DNA of 62,465 bases from an uncultured Bdellovibrionales bacterium. Its GTDB lineage: Bacteria > Patescibacteriota > Minisyncoccia > Moranbacterales > UBA2206. The notes beneath the pieces were generated by a model. The model searched no databases, was not told the DNA's origin, and saw only the letters and a program-made list of their open reading frames with translations. Below are positions 57,689 through 62,465 of this stretch, piece by piece (position 1 is the first letter of the stretch; each line of letters begins with the position of its first letter). The DNA lies in assembly GCA_964636505.1 (NCBI GenBank), contig CAZWRY010000004.1, forward strand, positions 4,985-67,449. The letters run 5' to 3'. The translations under genes were made by a program, and so were the position numbers.

Positions 57689-58816
57689 TCAAAGGGAGAT
57701 TTTATAGAGCTTTCCATCAATGCGATTTATGAAAAAGAGGAAGCTTTCATTGGAGTTAAGAAAAAAGTCGGTTGCATCAAACTGGCCTTTTATTTCGTTT
57801 AGATCTATAATTCTGGTTTTTTCTCCAGTTGTGATGTCTACTCTCCAAAAGGTGTCGGCTGTTTTTATTTTTCCGCTCATATAGTCATTGGGCAAAAGGG
57901 CGTTTTCCGGAATAGACCCGGGCAAAGCGTAATAAATTGTCTTGTTATCTTTAGACCAGATACATTTGGAAACAAAAGTGGGAATATCTAGATTTTTTTG
58001 GTTTTTGCCCTGGCTGTCAAGGACAAAAAGAGATGTTTTTGTTCCGTCTTTTTTGTCAGAACTGCTAACCAGAATGTGCGTGCCATCATTGCTCCAAAGA
58101 TAATCTGACCCAAAGCTGCCGCTAAAAAGAATTCTGGTTTCTCCGCCGGCGATTGAAACGGTACCTAAAATTGTTTCTGTGGAAGCATCAGGGGCGTTCC
58201 AAATTGAAATTAAGCCGGATCTGGGAATTGGAGCAAGAGAGATGTACTTGGTGTTAAGGGGGGTTAATTTTGTCCAATTTTTTCCATCAGGGTCGGAAAG
58301 ATTTAAGGAGCCTTTTTTTTCTATGGGATCAAAATATTTATAAATTATTTTGGAGTTATTTTGCCAGGCGACCGTATCAATGTTTCCGCTTAAGACGCTG
58401 CCGGAAGACGTCTTATAATCATAAACACTAAATTGGTAATAACCGCTTGGGAATTTGGTTTTAGCGATAACTTTTGTTTTGTCCGGTGACCAGCTGATAT
58501 TTTCCAGGCCTACCAGAATTTTGTCGGAGAGCGTTTTTTTATTTTGACCGCTTAGGTCAGACTCATAAGCGCGGCCATCATTTTTTGAGTAATATTTAAC
58601 GCTGGTGCCGTCATCTGAAAGAGTTGGCGCCAAAACAGCCACTTCAGAAATGGCAATTATGGGACCGGCGCCCTTATTTACAGAAATATCGGTGCTTTGT
58701 GTTTTGGGACCGGAAGGCACATCTTTTTTAAAAACGAAAAAATATATTCCTCCAAAAAAAAGAATAATTAAAAGCAAAGACGAAGATGTGATAAAAATTT
58801 TCTTAAGCAGAGACAT
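57689..58816 (-). CDS. Membrane-anchored TolB-like beta-propeller protein
   Basis: N-terminal TM; WSPDK, WSNDG, WSKDN repeats. Confidence 0.7.
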   Translation of the reverse strand: MSLLKKIFITSSSLLLIILFFGGIYFFVFKKDVPSGPKTQSTDISVNKGAGPIIAISEVAVLAPTLSDDGTSVKYYSKNDGRAYESDLSGQNKKTLSDKILVGLENISWSPDKTKVIAKTKFPSGYYQFSVYDYKTSSGSVLSGNIDTVAWQNNSKIIYKYFDPIEKKGSLNLSDPDGKNWTKLTPLNTKYISLAPIPRSGLISIWNAPDASTETILGTVSIAGGETRILFSGSFGSDYLWSNDGTHILVSSSDKKDGTKTSLFVLDSQGKNQKNLDIPTFVSKCIWSKDNKTIYYALPGSIPENALLPNDYMSGKIKTADTFWRVDITTGEKTRIIDLNEIKGQFDATDFFLNSNESFLFFINRIDGKLYKISL

Positions 58817-58817
58817 A

Positions 58818-59306
58818 TTATTTATTTAGCTTATTGTTGCAAAAACTGAGAGGAAAAGAGCTCCCTGCTAAATCCGGGTTTGTTCCATAGGGTACTTTTT
58901 CTGAGACAGAGAGAAGGCATGCCTGTTCTTCTGAAATACCCAAGAGTTCTAGAAGTGTTTTTTCCGCTTGTTTTCTTGATTCTTCAAAATTTTCCCCAGA
59001 TAAGCTTAAAGCGAAACTTTCCTTATCGTCATATTTTAAATAAAAAATAGTGAAATTTTGTGATGACTTTAGTATAGTTTGTTCGGGGCCAGTGTCTTCT
59101 TCGGCAATTTTTTTGGGGTTATTTATGCTTATGTTTGCTTCGGGTGTCCTTATTATTTTTTTGTCTGGAAGCAAAGATTTGTCCAATATTTCATCTTTAG
59201 AAATGCTTTTTGATTTTTGATAATTCATCATTAAAAGCACTGAAAAAAGGAAAATAAAAATAATAAATACTATTACGGAAATAAGTATAATTTTATTTCT
59301 TTTCAT
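58818..59306 (-). CDS. Membrane-anchored hypothetical protein
   Basis: N-terminal TM; operon-like spacing. Confidence 0.65.
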   Translation of the reverse strand: MKRNKIILISVIVFIIFIFLFSVLLMMNYQKSKSISKDEILDKSLLPDKKIIRTPEANISINNPKKIAEEDTGPEQTILKSSQNFTIFYLKYDDKESFALSLSGENFEESRKQAEKTLLELLGISEEQACLLSVSEKVPYGTNPDLAGSSFPLSFCNNKLNK

Positions 59307-59352
59307 AGTTTTTAAGGTTATTTTGCGCTAAAAGCGGAAAAATTATTAAAGT

Positions 59353-60243
59353 TTAAAACTTACATTTGCTATTTGCTCCCCAGGCTCCCCAGCTAGTCCC
59401 TTTCTTTGACAATTCAACAGCCTTCTTTATATTTGTCGTTGGATTTTTGGCTGCCTGAACACATTTTTCATAAAGAGCCTTATTTTTTATTACACAGCTA
59501 TGATTTTTAGCAGTATATGGCTTATCAAAAGCATCAGGACAGTTATAGCCACCTATTTTATTACTGGATATATTGATTTGAAACAGTCCCCAAGAGACAG
59601 CTTCTCCTCCAGGTTGGCATTTATCTACTGTACTTGGAATAGAAAGTCCTCCGCTTTCAACATTGCAAATACTAGAGGCTTTTGTTGCATTGTCTCCGAA
59701 ATAAGGCTTAAGTATCTCCACTGTGCAGCCGTTTGATGTGTCTGGTTTGCAAGAGCCACCACCAGGAGTTTCTCCTGGAGATGAAGGTGTTCCTGTTGCC
59801 ATAGGCTGAAGCCTTTTAATTTTTACTAAATCGGGATTGATGAAATAAAGAATTAGGTAAGAGGCCATGGCTAAAATCAAACCTATAATAGCGTCAGTAA
59901 TAACCGTTTTGGCTTTTTCCATAGAACTATTATTGCCGGCCGCTGTCATGTACATATAGCCTCCAACAATTATCATCAGCATGGCACAAATTCCAACGGC
60001 GCCAATGCCAAACTTATAGATAGCGTTTATATAGCTGTAAAAATCCGTCGGTTTTCCTTGTCCCGGTATTTCTTCCATGGGCGTATAGGCACTGCCTCCG
60101 GAAGTGCTAGTTCTTTGTTCGGAGGGTTTATATGGCGCTTCCAGGGCCAGAGAAATATTCTTTTCGCTTAAGATCAAAGCCGAAGCAATCAAAAAAAGAA
60201 AAAAGAGAAATATTTTTGTTATGTTTTTTATTTTTTTAGTCAT
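59353..60243 (-). CDS. CPR-type (TrbC/VirB2-like) pilin fused to a lytic transglycosylase-like domain
   Basis: MLMIIVGGYMYMTAAGN..AKTVITDAIIGL..LYFINP; then VESGG, GLFQIN, NP..NI, W.AW. Confidence 0.7.
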   Translation of the reverse strand: MTKKIKNITKIFLFFLFLIASALILSEKNISLALEAPYKPSEQRTSTSGGSAYTPMEEIPGQGKPTDFYSYINAIYKFGIGAVGICAMLMIIVGGYMYMTAAGNNSSMEKAKTVITDAIIGLILAMASYLILYFINPDLVKIKRLQPMATGTPSSPGETPGGGSCKPDTSNGCTVEILKPYFGDNATKASSICNVESGGLSIPSTVDKCQPGGEAVSWGLFQINISSNKIGGYNCPDAFDKPYTAKNHSCVIKNKALYEKCVQAAKNPTTNIKKAVELSKKGTSWGAWGANSKCKF

Positions 60244-61697
60244 TATTTTTTAGGAAAAAGAGATAAGAAAAAATAACTAGAAAAAAGAAGCAAAAAGCTT
60301 ATCAGGACAAGTTTCACCAAGTAAACCAGGTGGGAAGGCGCATTGGAAATTAAAGCAGCTAAACCGGTCTTTTTTTTGCTTTCAGATGAAGAGTCTCCCA
60401 AATCTTGATCAGAAGAAGATAAAGCGTTGACGATGCTAATATTTATTGTAGCATCAAGTTGTTTTTCATAAAAATCATAAAGCGAAAGTCCCCAATATTT
60501 TTGCAGCGCTTTTTTAGTTGCATTGTTTGGAGTATAGAAAGTAGAAAAAGTGACATCAAAGGAGTATCCCTCTTGTGTGTCGGCCGGGAAAGAGATGGTT
60601 CCATCGTCATTTATCACAACTCCGTATTCTTTGTTTTCTATGACAAGTCCGTATAGGCTGGAAGACTCTTTGTTAATTTCAGTTTCGTCAATGGTCCAGG
60701 AAATATTGTTGACATCTTTAATTTTAACATTTGGGGTGAGCTTGACGGTGGAACCGGCAATCGCTTCAAAATCGGTTGTGCTGTAATCAGGCGTTAGGTT
60801 ATCATCCAAATCTTTGAAATAGCCCAAAAGGATCGGAGCGCAAGTCGTTTTATCCAAAGATTCTATTACGGCTTTTGGCTCGGAAACGATCAACTCGCGA
60901 TTAAAAGTAACTCTTTTGCCGGTACTTTTAACGGTAGCTGAAATAGCTATGTCATATGTTTCTTGATCGTTCTTTAGAATAGGAAGAAAAGCTTCATTTG
61001 CGTTGCACTTTTCCAGAGGGCATTCAAGATATTCAATTTGTTCTCCGTCAATTTTCCAGAGAAAATCGCTTAAGTTTGAAGAATCCATTTTTAGTCCGAC
61101 AATTTCCCCTTTCGGAACATAACAGGGTACGCCCTCTTTATTTTCACAAATAACATCTTTCATTTCCAAGTTTTTCTTTTCAGGGCTATCGCTTTGGGCC
61201 GAAACAGAATAGACAGACAATTCATTGAGAACGGAATTTAAAGGGATAACAATGCTTGCTTCGCGTTTATTTGTTCTGCCGGAATCGGTTTTCTCTTGTA
61301 TGTTTAGCTTTACTCGGATATAGCGCAAATCTTCGTCTTTAAAAGCAAGTTTAAATTTTAGTTTATTAAGACCATAGCCGGACATATCACTAACGTTGGG
61401 AATGTCTTTTTTTAATATTTCTTCCCAATCGGAAGGATCTTTTTTTTCTGTGCTTCCGTAAACCCTCCAAGTGTATTCTAGGTCATCGCTACTTTTAGAG
61501 GCCAAAACATGAGAAGATATCGTGATTTCCATCGGATTGTCCGGATTATTAAAGGGATTTTTGGGTGAGTAAAAAAGGGAAACATCAATTCTTTGATTTT
61601 CTATAAGCGTGTAGCCGCTTTCTGCCCTTGTTTTGCTTGTTCCAAAAGCAATTAAAAGCAAAAAGGCAAGCAGAAACAAGGTAAAACTTTTTTTCAT
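60243..61697 (-). CDS. Secreted protein with C-terminal membrane anchor, beta-rich hypothetical
   Basis: Signal peptide, C-terminal TM, Ig-like spaced Trp motifs. Confidence 0.6.
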   Translation of the reverse strand: MKKSFTLFLLAFLLLIAFGTSKTRAESGYTLIENQRIDVSLFYSPKNPFNNPDNPMEITISSHVLASKSSDDLEYTWRVYGSTEKKDPSDWEEILKKDIPNVSDMSGYGLNKLKFKLAFKDEDLRYIRVKLNIQEKTDSGRTNKREASIVIPLNSVLNELSVYSVSAQSDSPEKKNLEMKDVICENKEGVPCYVPKGEIVGLKMDSSNLSDFLWKIDGEQIEYLECPLEKCNANEAFLPILKNDQETYDIAISATVKSTGKRVTFNRELIVSEPKAVIESLDKTTCAPILLGYFKDLDDNLTPDYSTTDFEAIAGSTVKLTPNVKIKDVNNISWTIDETEINKESSSLYGLVIENKEYGVVINDDGTISFPADTQEGYSFDVTFSTFYTPNNATKKALQKYWGLSLYDFYEKQLDATINISIVNALSSSDQDLGDSSSESKKKTGLAALISNAPSHLVYLVKLVLISFLLLFSSYFFLSLFPKK

Positions 61698-61701
61698 ATT
61701 A

Positions 61702-62361
61702 TTATTTTAAAATAAAAATTAAAAATGATTCAAATAAAATCATGGAAACGAGGCCGACAAAATAACTTAGCAAAACTGAACGGGTTTTGTATACAAGAAT
61801 CAAACTAAGGAAAGCCAGGATGAGCAACGGAAACATTTGCCATAAAGTCATTTTTTGAAAAAAAAGAGCCAGATAATAAAGAATAAAAGTCAAAGCAATG
61901 GCCAAATATCTTATTTTTGAGGAGAAAGAATAAAGAACAAATCCTTTAAAAAAGAATTCCTGAATCAAAAACAAAAAATTAAAAGCAATTAATTCGTAGA
62001 AAAGAAAAGAGCTGAAATTATTTTGGATGGAAGCAGAGAGGCGATAGTGCAGTTCAAGGTCGGTAAATTTTATGGCAGAAAAACAAAGAGCTGAGAAAAC
62101 AATCAGAACTCCAGCTGCCCAAAAAAAGTCAGTCTTTTTCAGCGGCAAGCTAAAGCCAAATTCAGACAAGTTTTTTTTGAGAATTGCCTTTATATAGATA
62201 ATTGGGACCAAAAACAGAAAAAACAAATATTTGCAAGCTTTTTGAAAGTAATCATTGGCCGGAAATTCTAGGAATAAACCCAAGCAAACAAAAATGACAA
62301 TAGAACTTATCAGTAATTCTTTCCAGGCGAAATCTTTTTTTATTGGGCTAAAATTAAGCAT
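61702..62361 (-). CDS. CPBP/Abi-like intramembrane protease homolog, degenerate
   Basis: QEFFFKG in place of EE..FRG; multiple TM helices. Confidence 0.55.
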   Translation of the reverse strand: MLNFSPIKKDFAWKELLISSIVIFVCLGLFLEFPANDYFQKACKYLFFLFLVPIIYIKAILKKNLSEFGFSLPLKKTDFFWAAGVLIVFSALCFSAIKFTDLELHYRLSASIQNNFSSFLFYELIAFNFLFLIQEFFFKGFVLYSFSSKIRYLAIALTFILYYLALFFQKMTLWQMFPLLILAFLSLILVYKTRSVLLSYFVGLVSMILFESFLIFILK

Positions 62362-62465
62362 AGGCTTGTTGAGTTTTTTCTTGTTGTTTTTTCTCTTGAT
62401 TTTTTTCTTTACGCTCCATTAAAACCATCAAAAAGGCAATAATGACGACAATTGTTTCAATAGGT
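62354..62465 (-). CDS. 3' end of a membrane protein gene entering from outside the window
   Basis: Open frame PIETIVVIIAFLMVLMERKEKNQEKKQQEKTQQAYA* ends overlapping the next start. Confidence 0.5.
   Translation of the reverse strand, partial: PIETIVVIIAFLMVLMERKEKNQEKKQQEKTQQAYA

Noticed and set aside
5986-60786. Numerous 60-180 aa ORFs antisense to or overlapping core genes (e.g. 7343..7687, 12720..13262, 41125..41688)
   Set aside because: Fully overlap well-supported genes and show no motifs.

Overview
A 62.5-kb AT-rich stretch of a reduced bacterial chromosome. Gene content (short YidC, Lys-rich RpoD, DUF3048, CPR-type pilin, LemA/HtpX) points to Patescibacteria/CPR, Parcubacteria-like; this is an inference. 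TGA ends several genes, so the standard code applies. Positions 1-5690 are an accessory region beside tRNA-Asn. It holds a Shedu-like defence nuclease missed by the ORF track, two surface beta-propeller proteins, a twice-frameshifted RAYT/IS200-like transposase, a P-type ATPase remnant, ~89-bp direct repeats and an orphan structured segment resembling the 16S rRNA 3' end and trailer. The rest is mostly core: rpoD, dnaG, pyk, murE-femX, ruvABC, holA, mutM, polA, a tandem double PilB/GspE ATPase, PBP1A, dnaN-dnaA-rpmH-rnpA-yidC-jag with a likely oriC, and a glycosylation locus. The most notable items are a tRNA-Gly(CCC) nested between two halves of another tRNA-Gly, palindromic and heptamer repeats inserted in frame into housekeeping genes, an unannotated ArfA-like small ORF with an internal terminator, a 6S-like RNA, a four-ATP-grasp ligase/protease/7TM operon and a pilin-lytic transglycosylase fusion. 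All calls come from reading motifs by eye; no searches were run.
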